64,000 nt of DNA from an uncultured Actinomycetes bacterium (GCA_963706025.1 CAVPLM010000005.1:96001-160000), one strand, 5' to 3'; positions 21,338-32,090 are shown, numbered from the stretch's first letter. Notes: generated by a model from the letters alone, not told the origin. Program-made: numbers and translations.

Positions 21338-22758
21338 ATGTTCTTCGATCAGGCAAAGATCCATGTGGCGGCCGGGAACGGCGGGAACGGCTGCGTTTCT
21401 TTCCGCCGAGAGAAGCACGTTCCTCGCGGTGGACCGGATGGAGGTGACGGTGGCCGCGGTGGCGATGTCATCGTGGTCTCCGACCCGCAGCCGCGCGATC
21501 TGCAGCAGTTCACTTACAAGATCCACTTCAAGGCCGGTGTGGGCCAGGCCGGACAGGGTGCCCGCAAGCATGGCGCGGCCGGGGAAACGATCTACATCCG
21601 GGTGCCCCTCGGCACGCAGGTCTGGGCCGAAGACCGACTGATCGCCGACCTGGTTGAAGCCGGCAGAGAGACGCTCGTCGCCCGCGGCGGCAGCGGCGGC
21701 CGGGGCAATGCTCGTTTCACGAGTTCCGTGCGCCAGGCCCCCAAGTTCGCCGAACTGGGCGAGGAAGGCGAGAGCCTCTGGTTGCGGCTCACGCTCAAGC
21801 TCATGGCCGATGCCGGGCTGGCCGGACTGCCGAACGCGGGCAAATCCTCTCTGCTCCGCCGCCTGTCCAACGCCAAACCCAAAGTGGCTGCCTATCCGTT
21901 CACCACCGTCGAACCGATGTTGGGAGTGGTCGACTGGTCGGGTGAGGGGGATTCTTTCGTCCTGGCCGATGTCCCCGGGCTTCTCGAGGGGGCCAGCCTC
22001 GGTGTCGGCCTGGGTCACGAGTTCTTGTCCCATCTGGAACGGTGCCAACTGATCCTACACGTGGTAGATCTGACCGGCTACTACGGGTCCGAACCCCTGG
22101 ACGGATTCCGGATCATCCTCGCGCGAGTTGGACGCCCACGGTCTCGGACTTGGGCAAGAAGCCCCAGGTAGTCCTCCTGAACAAGACCGACGCTGTTTCG
22201 TCCGACGTGGTCGCGGAACAGACGGCGGTCTTCCGAGCAGAGATCGCCCGCCTTCGCAGTGATGGCCACCCGGCCTTCTCAGGCAGTGCGGGAGCGGGGG
22301 AAGTCCCGGTCGAACGCCTCGTATGGCCTATCTCGGCCTTGACCGGTGTGGGGCTGACGCCCTTGATCCGCTGGATCGGGCCGCTCTTGCGCGACCTGTC
22401 GGCACAGCAGGCGGCGGAGCAGCTTCGAGAGTCCGCCACGTCTTCGGCGAAGGCCGGGCGGACTCCCGGGGCTCCGGGCGAGGTGGTGACGGCTGGAGAG
22501 GGCGGCGGGCACGTCACCTATCGACCCCTGGGGGCGGCTGCCAGAGCCTTCACCGTGCGCCGGGAGAAAGGGATGTTCGTGGTCGAGGGCCGCGCTGTTC
22601 AGCGCCTGGTGAGCAGGTTCGATCTGACCGATGGAGAAGCTATCCGGTATCTTGGGGAGCGGCTCGACCGGTTGGGGGTGTATGCTGCACTGCGCGCCCA
22701 AGGGGCTCAGCCGGGCGACGATGTAGAGATCGCAGGGCACGCTTTCGAGTTCCAGTAG
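21338..22758 (+). CDS. obgE: GTPase ObgE with C-terminal DUF1967-type domain; two +1 frameshifts near 22123 and 22140
   Basis: SFRREK..PRGGPDGGDGGRGG, GLPNAGKS, YPFTT, DVPG; after the shift NKTD, ISA and GAQPGDDVEI..HAFEF. Confidence 0.94.
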
Positions 22759-22768
22759 AGGTGAGTGG

Positions 22769-23878
22769 ATGGCGGGCAAGCGCTCAGGCAAGACGGTAGT
22801 CGTCAAGATCGGTTCCAGCACGCTCACCAGTGAGCGGGGCACCTTCCGCCTGGACCCGGTCGCCGGTCTTGTGGCGGAGGTCTGCGAGCTGCAGGCGCAA
22901 GGGAATCGGATGCTGCTCGTCTCCTCAGGTGCCGTATCGTCCGGCATGGGAGTGCTCAGGCGCAAACGCCGGCCGGTGGAAGTGGTGGACTTGCAGGCCG
23001 CCGCGGCCGTGGGCCAGGGCCGCCTGTTCCACATCTACACTGAGCTGTTCGCCCACGAGGAAGTGATCACGGCCCAGGTGCTGCTCACGGCCTTCGATGT
23101 GGCGGCGCGCACGCAGTATCTGAACGCCCGCAACACCTTGAGACGGTTGCTGGACTGGAAAGTGGTGCCGATAATCAACGAGAACGACACCACGTCGACC
23201 GACGAGCTCTGCTTCGGCGACAACGATGCTCTGGCGGCGCAGGTGGCGCTGCTGGTCAAAGCCGACATGCTGATACTCCTCACAGACACGGACGGACTGT
23301 TCACCGCCGATCCCAAAGAGGACACCGGCGCCCTCCTCATCGAGACGATCGACGATCTGAGCCAACTGGAGTGTGTGCGGATCGGTCCGATCGGGTCGTT
23401 TGGGTCGGGAGGCATGGGGAGCAAGGTCAACAGCGCTCGAATAGCCACGAGCGGTGGAGTGGAGACCGTGATCGCTCGGGGGACTCTGCCGGGGGTCGTC
23501 AAGGCCTGTCTGGCCGGCGACCAAGTCGGTACTCGGTTCTCGGCGCGGCCCCTGGGTCTGCCCGACTACAAGCTGTGGCTTCTCTACGGCAAGCCGGCTC
23601 GAGGCAGAGTCGTCGTGGATGAAGGCGCTGCCCGGGCACTACGGGGCAAAGGGAGCCTGCTGCCCGTGGGCGTGATAGCCGCGGAGGGCGATTTCGCGGC
23701 GGGAGACGCGGTCACGGTGGTCGACGAGACCGGCACCGAATTGGCCAAGGGCCTGGCCAGCTACTCGAGAGAGGAGTTGGACCGGGTGAAGGGACTCCAC
23801 AGCAGCAAGGTGGCAAAAGTGCTTCCCCAGGCCTCTCCGGAGGCCATCCACAGGGACTATCTCGTGTTGGTATGTTGA
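22769..23878 (+). CDS. proB: Glutamate 5-kinase with PUA domain
   Basis: VVKIGSS, VSSGAV, AAVGQ, PIINEND, FGDND, GSGGMGSK, SLLPVG. Confidence 0.96.
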   Translation: MAGKRSGKTVVVKIGSSTLTSERGTFRLDPVAGLVAEVCELQAQGNRMLLVSSGAVSSGMGVLRRKRRPVEVVDLQAAAAVGQGRLFHIYTELFAHEEVITAQVLLTAFDVAARTQYLNARNTLRRLLDWKVVPIINENDTTSTDELCFGDNDALAAQVALLVKADMLILLTDTDGLFTADPKEDTGALLIETIDDLSQLECVRIGPIGSFGSGGMGSKVNSARIATSGGVETVIARGTLPGVVKACLAGDQVGTRFSARPLGLPDYKLWLLYGKPARGRVVVDEGAARALRGKGSLLPVGVIAAEGDFAAGDAVTVVDETGTELAKGLASYSREELDRVKGLHSSKVAKVLPQASPEAIHRDYLVLVC

Positions 23879-23894
23879 CGGACTTGGAGGCGAA

Positions 23895-25148
23895 TTGAAG
23901 ACAAGAGAGCTTGCCACGAACGCCAAGCGGGCTTCTCGCCGGTTGGCCTTGGCCTCTTCCGCTGAGAAGAACCGAGCCCTGGTGGCCATGGCGGATGCAC
24001 TCGCGCGCCGCTCGGAGGAGATCCTGGTCGAGAACGCGAAAGACGTGATCGAGGGTCGGAAGAAAGGCCTTTCTTCCGCCCTCATCGACCGCCTGATGCT
24101 CGACGAACAGCGCCTGCAGGGCATCGCCCGAAGTCTGTTGGACATCGCCGCGCTTCCGGATCCGGTGGGCCAGGTGGTCGAAGGCTGGCGGACCCCGGAG
24201 GGTCTGCAGATAGAGAAGGTACGCGTGCCGTTCGGGGTCATCGCAGTGGTCTACGAAGCCCGCCCCAACGTCACCGTCGATGCCGCTGCTCTTTGCCTCA
24301 AGACCGGCAATTCCGTCGTTTTGCGCGGAGGCAGCGACGCCTACCGCTCCAACCGGATCCTGGCGGAGGTCATCACCGGGGCGGCTCTTGAAGCAGGCCT
24401 GCCCGGCGATTGCATCCAGTTCGTGGCCAACAAGGACCGGGCGGCCCTCGTGGAGCTTCTCCAACTCCGGGACCAGATCGATCTGGTCATACCTCGAGGC
24501 GGCGAAGCCCTCAAGGAGTTCTTACTCGAGCATTCCAAGATCCCCGTGATATACGCTGCGGGGGGAAACTGTCACGTCTACGTGGACAAGGCCGCAGATC
24601 TCAGACAGGCCTTGGAGATCACCGTCAATGCCAAGTGCCAGCGGCCGGGAGTGTGCAATGCCGCGGAGACCCTGCTCGTGCATGAGGAGGTCGCGGCCGA
24701 TTTTCTCCCTGTAGCCTTGAAGGCACTGCACGAACGGAAGGTGAGACTCCACGTCGATGCCCGGACGCGCGAGATCCTGGGAGAGACCGAGATCAAACTG
24801 CTGCGGGCTACAGACAAGCATTACGCCACGGAATTCCTCGACCTGGAGATGGCGGTGAAGGTGGTCGAAGAGCTCGAGCAGGCCGTCGAGCACATCTCAC
24901 AGTACGGTACGGGTCATTCGGAGGCGATCGTCACGCAAGATCTGGAGACGAGCCGCCGGTTCGCCGAGGCGGTAGACGCAGCCGTGATCTACATCAACGC
25001 TTCCACCCGGTTCACCGATGGCGCGGTGTTCGGTCTGGGCGCTGAGATCGGCATCTCCACGCAGAAACTGCATGCCCGAGGTCCATTGGCCCTCCGGGAG
25101 CTGACGTCGACCAAGTACGTGGTGACCGGAAGAGGCCACATTCGCTAG
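23895..25148 (+). CDS. proA: Gamma-glutamyl phosphate reductase
   Basis: YEARPNVT, IPRGG, RPGVCNAAETLL, NASTRFTDG, IGISTQKLHARGP. Confidence 0.97.
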   Translation: MKTRELATNAKRASRRLALASSAEKNRALVAMADALARRSEEILVENAKDVIEGRKKGLSSALIDRLMLDEQRLQGIARSLLDIAALPDPVGQVVEGWRTPEGLQIEKVRVPFGVIAVVYEARPNVTVDAAALCLKTGNSVVLRGGSDAYRSNRILAEVITGAALEAGLPGDCIQFVANKDRAALVELLQLRDQIDLVIPRGGEALKEFLLEHSKIPVIYAAGGNCHVYVDKAADLRQALEITVNAKCQRPGVCNAAETLLVHEEVAADFLPVALKALHERKVRLHVDARTREILGETEIKLLRATDKHYATEFLDLEMAVKVVEELEQAVEHISQYGTGHSEAIVTQDLETSRRFAEAVDAAVIYINASTRFTDGAVFGLGAEIGISTQKLHARGPLALRELTSTKYVVTGRGHIR

Positions 25149-25184
25149 CTCCCTGGCTGATCAGCCTGGGATGGCGGAGGAACT

Positions 25185-25886
25185 ATGGATGAGCAAGACC
25201 CTCTCTACCGGCTGAGCGGATGCTCCGGGATGCGCCTGGGGATCATGGGAGGCGCGTTCGACCCGATCCACATCGCGCACCTGGTCACGGCCGAGGAGGC
25301 CTTGATGCAGTTCGGCCTCGATGAGGTGGTCTTCATGCCGGCGGGCAATCCTCCTCACAAGACCCGGCGGTTGGCTCCCGCGGAGTTCCGCTATCTGCTC
25401 GCCTGCGTGGCCACTGCCAGCCACCCTCGTTTCTCAGTCTCGCGTTATGAGGTCGACCGCGAGCAGGTGGGCTATACCGTGGACACCCTTGAACATGTGG
25501 CCGCCACCTTCGGCGCGGAGACCGAGGTATTCTTCATCACCGGGGCGGATGCCGTGCTCGACATCCTCACCTGGAAAGCCCCGGCCAGGGTGTTGGAGCT
25601 GTGCACTTTGATAGCGGCTACCCGCCCGGGTCATGACCTTTCTCGTCTCTCCGGCGTGTTCGAGAGACTGGGTCTCGGGGTAGCCGGCGCCGGTCCTGAG
25701 GTTCGGGTGAAAGTGATGGAGATCCCGGCGCTGGCGGTCTCTTCCAGCATGATCCGCGAGCGTTTGGCCTCCGGCAAGCCGATCCGCTATCTAGTCCCCG
25801 ACGCGGTGGCACAGCTCATCGACAAAGCGGGCTTCTACTCCGCGCCCACTTCTCGACCCGCTGCCGGGAGTGATGGCCGGCTGTGA
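25185..25886 (+). CDS. nadD: Nicotinate-nucleotide adenylyltransferase
   Basis: GIMGGAFDPIHIAHL, PPHK, YTVDTL, FFITGADA, VSSSMIRER. Confidence 0.95.
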   Translation: MDEQDPLYRLSGCSGMRLGIMGGAFDPIHIAHLVTAEEALMQFGLDEVVFMPAGNPPHKTRRLAPAEFRYLLACVATASHPRFSVSRYEVDREQVGYTVDTLEHVAATFGAETEVFFITGADAVLDILTWKAPARVLELCTLIAATRPGHDLSRLSGVFERLGLGVAGAGPEVRVKVMEIPALAVSSSMIRERLASGKPIRYLVPDAVAQLIDKAGFYSAPTSRPAAGSDGRL

Positions 25887-27043
25887 GCGCCGAGACAGGA
25901 TCCACGGAGCGCCCCTCTTCCACGGAGGGCCCCTCTTCCACGGAACGCCGGTCCGAGACCGGATCCCCTCACCGAGCGGAGCGCCGTTCCGCCCGCCGGG
26001 CTGTCCGTCGCCGAAAGGCGATGACCCGGCTGTCGTTCGTGGCCGGGCCGATAGTCGTCGTGATCTTGGTGATCGTGGCTCTGTTGGTGTTCTTGGGCGG
26101 TCCGGAGAGCACCAGCGGGGCTGAGACCACCACGACGACAGTGGGAGCGAGCCCTGTCAAGGGGAGCAGCATGCTGTTCATCGAGCAGGGAGAGACGGTG
26201 TCGGTCGTAGTGGTACTGCTCCCCGAAGAGGAGGGTGGCCTTGCCCTCGCGATGCCGGGGAACATGCTTCTTAAGACGGGGGAGAGCGGCTTCAAGACCC
26301 TGGCGGAGCTCCACGCTTCGAACCAGGATGAGGCACTGAGGGAGGGGCTCGCTCGAGACCTGGCCCTGGAGATCGGAGCAACCGCCTCGGTGCAGTGGTC
26401 GGAGCTGCGGGAGGCACTCGCCGAGATGGGGAAAGCCGGCTCCTTGCCCACCGAACTGCAGGCCACCGAGGAAGACGCCGCCGATGCCGCCGGGGCCGCG
26501 CTGACCATCCTTGGCGCTTCCGGCGCAGGGGAGGGGGCCGCCGTCTGGGACCAGGTGGAGATAGCTGGGGACCCAGAGGGTTTTCGGGCCGCCGTGGGAC
26601 TCTTGGGTGAATCGATTTCTGAGGGCGGTTGGACGGAGGAGGTACTCCCTGGAAAGGTCGTGGAAGGCGTGGGGTTCGAGTTCTTCGAGCCGGACCTGGG
26701 GCAGTCCAGGGCCTTGCTCGCCGGCGAGAGCGCAGGTGCGGTCATCACCGTCGAGGTGCAGAACGGCTCCGGCGTGGTGGGTGTCGCCCAGCAGGTGGGA
26801 GCGATGCTGGAACCCCTGGGCTACGATCTGCTTCCTTTTCGTAATGCGGATGACTTTCCCGATGTGAAGTCGACCCGGATCATCACCGCCCCGGATGCGA
26901 GCGCTGAGGCTCAGCGCGTGCAAGAGGCCCTGGGGGTGGGTAGGATCGAGCAAGACGACTCTCTGGATCCAGGGCGCGTTATCGTGGTGGTGGGCAAGGA
27001 CTTCATCCCTCCGGCTTCCGCTGAGACCGAGCCGACGGGCTAG
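25883..27043 (+). CDS. Membrane-anchored protein with degenerate LCP-like region and LytR C-terminal domain
   Basis: Basic stretch plus one TM helix; C-terminal VEVQNGSGVVGVA...VIVVVGKDF typical of LytR_C. Confidence 0.8.
   Translation: MSAETGSTERPSSTEGPSSTERRSETGSPHRAERRSARRAVRRRKAMTRLSFVAGPIVVVILVIVALLVFLGGPESTSGAETTTTTVGASPVKGSSMLFIEQGETVSVVVVLLPEEEGGLALAMPGNMLLKTGESGFKTLAELHASNQDEALREGLARDLALEIGATASVQWSELREALAEMGKAGSLPTELQATEEDAADAAGAALTILGASGAGEGAAVWDQVEIAGDPEGFRAAVGLLGESISEGGWTEEVLPGKVVEGVGFEFFEPDLGQSRALLAGESAGAVITVEVQNGSGVVGVAQQVGAMLEPLGYDLLPFRNADDFPDVKSTRIITAPDASAEAQRVQEALGVGRIEQDDSLDPGRVIVVVGKDFIPPASAETEPTG
25901..25948 (+). repeat. 18-bp in-frame tandem repeat, about 2.7 copies
   Basis: tccacggagcgcccctct / tccacggagggcccctct / tccacggaacgc (STERPS STEGPS STER). 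Confidence 0.85.
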
Positions 27044-27052
27044 GAGGCGGCG

Positions 27053-27853
27053 ATGGACCGAGGACGGATCGACCCCAACGACCTCACTGACCCTCTCTAT
27101 CGCTACAGTAGGCAAATGCTGGTCTCGCGGATAGGTCGAGAAGGTCAGGAGAAGCTGGCCGCCGCTCGGGTCGGACTGGTCGGTTGCGGGGCACTGGGCT
27201 CGGTCATTGCCAATCATCTCGTTCGTGCGGGGATAGGCCGAGTTCGCATCGCCGATCGAGACTATCCGGAACTGCATAACCTGCATCGGCAGGTCCTCTT
27301 CACCGAGGACGATGTGGCTCGCCGCACTCCCAAGGTGGAAGCAGCAGCGGCCCATCTGCGGGCGATCAACAGCGACGTGTCGGTGGAGCCGTTGCAGGTG
27401 ACCATCGACCCGGATACCTTGCCCGCTTTCGCCGCCGGTCTCGACCTCCTGGTGGACGGGACCGACAATTTCCCCACTCGGTTCGCATTGAACGACTACG
27501 CGGTCGGCCGAGGCATGCCGTGGGTGTATGGCGGTGTGATCGGGTCAAGCGGCATGACGATGACCATCATCCCGGGCGACGGGCCTTGCCTGCGCTGCCT
27601 GATCCGCGACCTGCCCGATCGCGAGCAGACGCCGACTGCCGATGTGGCTGGGGTGCTGAACACCGTGGTGGCGGTGATAGCTAGTGTGGAGGCCACCGAG
27701 GTGATCAAGCTGCTGGTAGAGCCGGAGGCACGGAGCCGCCATCTGCTGGTGCTGGATCTCTGGGATCTCACGTTCGACAAGCTGGAGGTGGCCCGGGACC
27801 CGGATTGTGTCTGCTGCGGTCCCCGAGTCTCGATGGGCGCTGATGGACGATAA
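27053..27853 (+). CDS. ThiF/MoeB family adenylyltransferase without rhodanese domain
   Basis: RYSRQ, GQEKL, VGCGALG, DRD..ELHNLHRQ, DGTDNF, Zn sites CLRC and CVCC. Confidence 0.92.
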   Translation: MDRGRIDPNDLTDPLYRYSRQMLVSRIGREGQEKLAAARVGLVGCGALGSVIANHLVRAGIGRVRIADRDYPELHNLHRQVLFTEDDVARRTPKVEAAAAHLRAINSDVSVEPLQVTIDPDTLPAFAAGLDLLVDGTDNFPTRFALNDYAVGRGMPWVYGGVIGSSGMTMTIIPGDGPCLRCLIRDLPDREQTPTADVAGVLNTVVAVIASVEATEVIKLLVEPEARSRHLLVLDLWDLTFDKLEVARDPDCVCCGPRVSMGADGR

Positions 27854-28682
27854 CCGGCCGGCTTTGGGCAAAGCCCGGGCCCTTATCCGGGATGCGGGCT
27901 CGATGCTGGTGGCCTTCTCAGGCGGAGTGGACTCCACGTTGCTCCTCCGACTGGCCCTCGACGAACTGGGTCCCAGACGCGTACTCGCCGTCACTGCTCA
28001 CGGTGACGTGCACACTGCCGACGAGCTGGAGGCTGCCCGGGAGATGGCCGCCTGCCTGGGGGCCAGACACGTGATCATCACCACCCACGAGCTGGCGGTG
28101 CCGGGCTTCGCCGCCAATCCCCCGGAACGCTGCTATCTCTGTCGCCGGTCGATGTACGGCAGGCTGATCGAGTTGGCCCAGCAAGAAGGGATGCGGGCGG
28201 TCGCCGATGGCGCGAACCGCGACGACCAGGCGGACTACAGGCCGGGGATCAGAGCGGGAGAGGAGCTTGGAGTCCTCAGCCCCCTGGCCGAAGCGGGGAT
28301 GGGAAAGCAGGAAGTCCGCGAGGTGGCGCGCGAACTTGGGCTGCCCAACTGGTCTCTTCCCGCCTCGCCCTGTCTCTCATCCCGGTTCCCCTATGGCGAG
28401 GAGATCACAGCGACCGGCCTCCGGGTCGTGGCAGCCGCTGAGCGATGCCTGCGGGAGCTTGGCTTCGGCGTCTGCCGCGTCCGGCACCATGGGGATCTGG
28501 CCCGGGTCGAGGTGCCTGTCGATGACATCCCCCAAGTGGTCGAAGGATCCGGGCGGCGTGCTATCGTAAGTTGCCTGCGCAAGCTTGGCTATGCGTATGT
28601 GGCTCTGGATCTGGAGGGCTTCAGGAGCGGCAGCCTGAACGAGGTGCTCGGGGCGAGGGCCAGAACTGAGGAGGAGGAATGA
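27843..28682 (+). CDS. larE: LarE-family ATP-dependent sulfur transferase (TIGR00268-like)
   Basis: PP-loop [62 protein letters not shown]. Confidence 0.92.
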   Translation: MDDNRPALGKARALIRDAGSMLVAFSGGVDSTLLLRLALDELGPRRVLAVTAHGDVHTADELEAAREMAACLGARHVIITTHELAVPGFAANPPERCYLCRRSMYGRLIELAQQEGMRAVADGANRDDQADYRPGIRAGEELGVLSPLAEAGMGKQEVREVARELGLPNWSLPASPCLSSRFPYGEEITATGLRVVAAAERCLRELGFGVCRVRHHGDLARVEVPVDDIPQVVEGSGRRAIVSCLRKLGYAYVALDLEGFRSGSLNEVLGARARTEEEE

Positions 28683-29563
28683 GCGCGAAGACCAGCGGGG
28701 ACCAGAGTTCCCGGCACGGCTCCGGCCCCATGACCCTGTTCGCCTTGACGGGTGGTACATACGCATTCCTACGCTTCACCGATTCGGGAAAGCGACTGAG
28801 CGCGACCATGAAACGCGACATCCAGGCCATCAAAGAGCGCGACCCCGCTGCTCGCAGCGATCTGGAGATCATCACCTGCTATCCGGGGCTGCACGCCCTG
28901 TGGTTCCACAGGCTGGCCCGCGCTCTCTGGCGGCGGGATGTGCCTTTGGCCGCGCGATTGGTCTCCCAGGTCGGCCGTCTTCTGACCGGCATCGAGATAC
29001 ACCCGGGAGCGACGTTGGGCGAGGGGCTGTTCATCGACCATGGGGCCGGAGTGGTCATCGGCGAGACCGCGGAGATCGGGCAGAACGTCACTATCTATCA
29101 GGGGGTGACCCTGGGTGGAACGGGCAAAGAGACGGGTAAGCGCCACCCGACCGTGGGAGACAACGTGGTCATCGGAGCCGGTTCTCAGCTGCTGGGGTCG
29201 ATCACTCTGGGCGACAACGTCAAGGTCGGCGCCGGTAGTGTGGTGGTGCAGAACGTTCTTTCCGATTCCACAGTGGTGGGCAATCCGGGTCGCCCGGTGA
29301 TCATGGAGGGAGCGAAGGTCGGGATCCCCGACATCGACTACACGCATCTCCCCGACCCGGTCGCGGCGGCGATGAAATGCTTGGTGCGCCGAGTGGTGCA
29401 GCTGGAGAACGAGCTGGAGGAACTGCGCGCCGAGTCCGCGGGCGTTTCGCCGGTGGCCGCCCAGCCGAAGGCCTCCGGCAAGCGCCCGCGCCCCCGGCGT
29501 CCTATCCCGGCTTCGGAGGAGGCCTGCGACCCAGTGAGGCTCGAAGGCACGCCCGAGATCTGA
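28679..29563 (+). CDS. cysE: Serine O-acetyltransferase
   Basis: [54 protein letters not shown]; C-terminal Ile. Confidence 0.95.
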   Translation: MSAKTSGDQSSRHGSGPMTLFALTGGTYAFLRFTDSGKRLSATMKRDIQAIKERDPAARSDLEIITCYPGLHALWFHRLARALWRRDVPLAARLVSQVGRLLTGIEIHPGATLGEGLFIDHGAGVVIGETAEIGQNVTIYQGVTLGGTGKETGKRHPTVGDNVVIGAGSQLLGSITLGDNVKVGAGSVVVQNVLSDSTVVGNPGRPVIMEGAKVGIPDIDYTHLPDPVAAAMKCLVRRVVQLENELEELRAESAGVSPVAAQPKASGKRPRPRRPIPASEEACDPVRLEGTPEI

Positions 29564-29566
29564 TCT

Positions 29567-31862
29567 TTGGACCCTGAGCTAGCCAAGGACCTCAACGACA
29601 GCCAGCGCGAAGCTGTCTTTCACGACGGGGGTCCTCTCCTGGTCCTTGCCGGAGCCGGTTCGGGCAAGACCCGCGTGCTCACTTATCGCCTGGCCAATCT
29701 CATCAGGACCGGCCAGGTGAGACCCCATCAGACCCTGGCCATCACCTTCACCAACAAGGCCGCCGGGGAGATGAAGGAGCGGGTAGCCTCGCTCCTGGGG
29801 GCCTCTTCCCGGTGGATGTGGGTCTGCACTTTCCATTCGGCCTGCGCGCGCATGCTGCGTCATGACGCCGCTCTTCTCGGCTATCGCTCGAACTTCACCA
29901 TCTACGACGAAGACGACTCCGTCCGTCTCCTCAAGCATTGCCTGGACGATCTCCGCCTCGACGGCAAGCGTTTCCCTCCTCGCGCCCTGCAGAACCTCAT
30001 CTCCGATGCCAAGAACAAGTTGGTCGACGTGGACGACTTCGGGCGCCGAAGTCGCGACGGCCAGGGTGACTGGACGGAAGGGGAGGGCGGGGACGACCGG
30101 GGGCTCTCCGGCTACCTGGACGTGGCCGCCCAGGTCTATCGGCGTTACCAGGCGAGGCTCCTGGAGGCCAACGCACTGGATTTCGATGATCTCTTGATGC
30201 GGATGGTCGACGTGCTCCAGCTCTTCCCCGAGAGGCTGGAGTACTACAGGGATCTCTTCCGCCACGTACTCGTGGATGAGTATCAAGACACCAATCGGGC
30301 CCAATATGTCCTGGTCAAGCTCCTCGCGGAAGAGCACCGGCAGGTGACGGTGGTGGGAGACGACGACCAGTCGGTCTACTCGTGGCGAGGCGCCGACATA
30401 CGCAACATCCTCAGATTCGAGGACGACTTCCCCGATGCCAAAGTGGTCAAAATGGAGCAGAACTACCGTTCTTCCACCACCATCCTCGAGGTGGCGAACG
30501 CCCTGGTCTCTCACAATCGCGGCCGCAAGCCGAAGAACCTCTGGAGCGAGCGGGGTGCCGGCGAACCGGTGGTGGTACTCGAGTGTCGGGACGAGCACGA
30601 GGAGGCCCGACTCGTTGGCGAGGAGATCGTCGGGGCTCTTCGATATCGTGCTGCTTCCGACGTGGCCGTCTTCTACAGGGTCAATGCCCAGAGCCGCGGT
30701 TCTGGAGGACATGTTGGTCCGCCAAGGTGTGGGTTATCGGGTGATCGGCGGTGCTAAGTTCTACCAGCGGGCGGAGATCAAGGATCTTCTCGCCTATCTG
30801 CGCGTCACGATGAACGCAGGCGACGACGTGTCTCTACTGCGCATCATCAACACCCCTCGCCGTGGTCTCGGAGAAGTGGCGGTGGGACGTCTTCAGGGCT
30901 TTGCAGCCGAGCACGCCATCAGCGTGCGAGACGCCTTGCTCCGCGCTTGTGAAGTGGCCGGCTTCACGACCGGAGCGACCCAGACCTGCCTGGGTCTGGG
31001 GGAGAGATTCGCCTGCTGGGCGGCCGCAGCAGACATAGGCGCGGCTGACACCGGGGCGCCGCTCGCGGAGGCGGTGCCGCCCAAGGCGCCGTCGGTGGCC
31101 GGTCTGCTACGCCAGGTGCTTGATGAAAGTGGGCTTCTCGACACTCTCAAAGCCGAAAGGACGCTGGAAGCCGAGGGCCGGCTGGAGAACCTGGAGGAGT
31201 TCGTGGGAGTAGCCGAGGAGTTCGACCGTTTGAACCCGGAGAGCGGTCTGGCCGAGTTCTTGCAGGAGATCAGCCTGTATGCCGACATCGACAGCTTGGA
31301 GGAAGGTCAGCCGGTCGTCACTCTCATGACCCTCCACAACGCCAAGGGTCTCGAGTTCCCAGTGGTCTTCATAACCGGGATGGAGGAAGGGCTCTTTCCT
31401 CACTCCCGGTCCTTGGACGAACAGCGTTTGGAGGAGGAGAGACGGTTGTGCTACGTGGGCGTCACCCGTGCGCAGGATCGCCTTCACCTTTCCTTCGCTC
31501 GTTCAAGGACGCTACACGGTGGGGCGGGGTACAAGATTCCCAGCCGCTTTCTGAGTGAGATCCCGAAGAGCCTGGTCGACTATCGCAGCAGTTCGGTCCC
31601 GGCGCGGCCGGCGCACGCGGCGTCCGAGCGCGGCGCCCTTCGTCAAGGGGGCGCCGCGGGCAGGCCGGGACCCGTCCCCTCCGCGCCCCGTGATCGCACC
31701 GCTGCGGTCGGTTTGGCGCCTGGTGATCGCGTCCTGCACGCCCGTTTCGGCGAAGGAGTGGTTCTAGGAGTGGAACCAGGGGGGATCGTAAGGGTCTTCT
31801 TCTCAGACCAGGGCGAACAGAAGAGGCTCCTGCTCGAATACGCGCCTCTGCGCCGTCTCTAG
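29567..31862 (+). CDS. pcrA: UvrD/PcrA DNA helicase; +1 frameshift near 30698
   Basis: LAGAGSGKT, ITFTNKAA, VDEYQDTN, VGDDDQSVYSWRGA, EQNYRS; after the shift TLHNAKGLEF, EERRLCYVGVTRA, C-terminal VLHARFGEG. Confidence 0.94.
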
Positions 31863-31864
31863 TC

Positions 31865-31907
31865 GGAGCGGCGATTCGCTCTCAGTCGCGGCTCGGATTG
31901 CCGCTCC
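31865..31907 (+). terminator. GC-rich stem-loop after pcrA (no U tract)
   Basis: ggagcggcgat ... attgccgctcc inverted repeat starting 3 nt after the stop codon. Confidence 0.45.
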
Positions 31908-31966
31908 AGTCGCGGTACCGGCGCTCCCCTCTTCATGACCGATCTGTCTGTTTCTGCCTGCTTTCT

Positions 31967-31995
31967 ATGCAATAGACCATTCATTCTGATACAAT
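31967..31995 (+). promoter_or_regulatory. Putative dcw operon promoter
   Basis: ATGCAA-N17-TACAAT with extended TG at 31987-31988, in an AT-rich patch. Confidence 0.6.
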
Positions 31996-32090
31996 TACAT
32001 TGTTGTTTGCACCAAAGCGCGCATATGGAAGGTGCGGATCAGCCGCCGTCCAGTGACCCTGAGCAGGAGTTTCTGCCAAAACATCGTATG

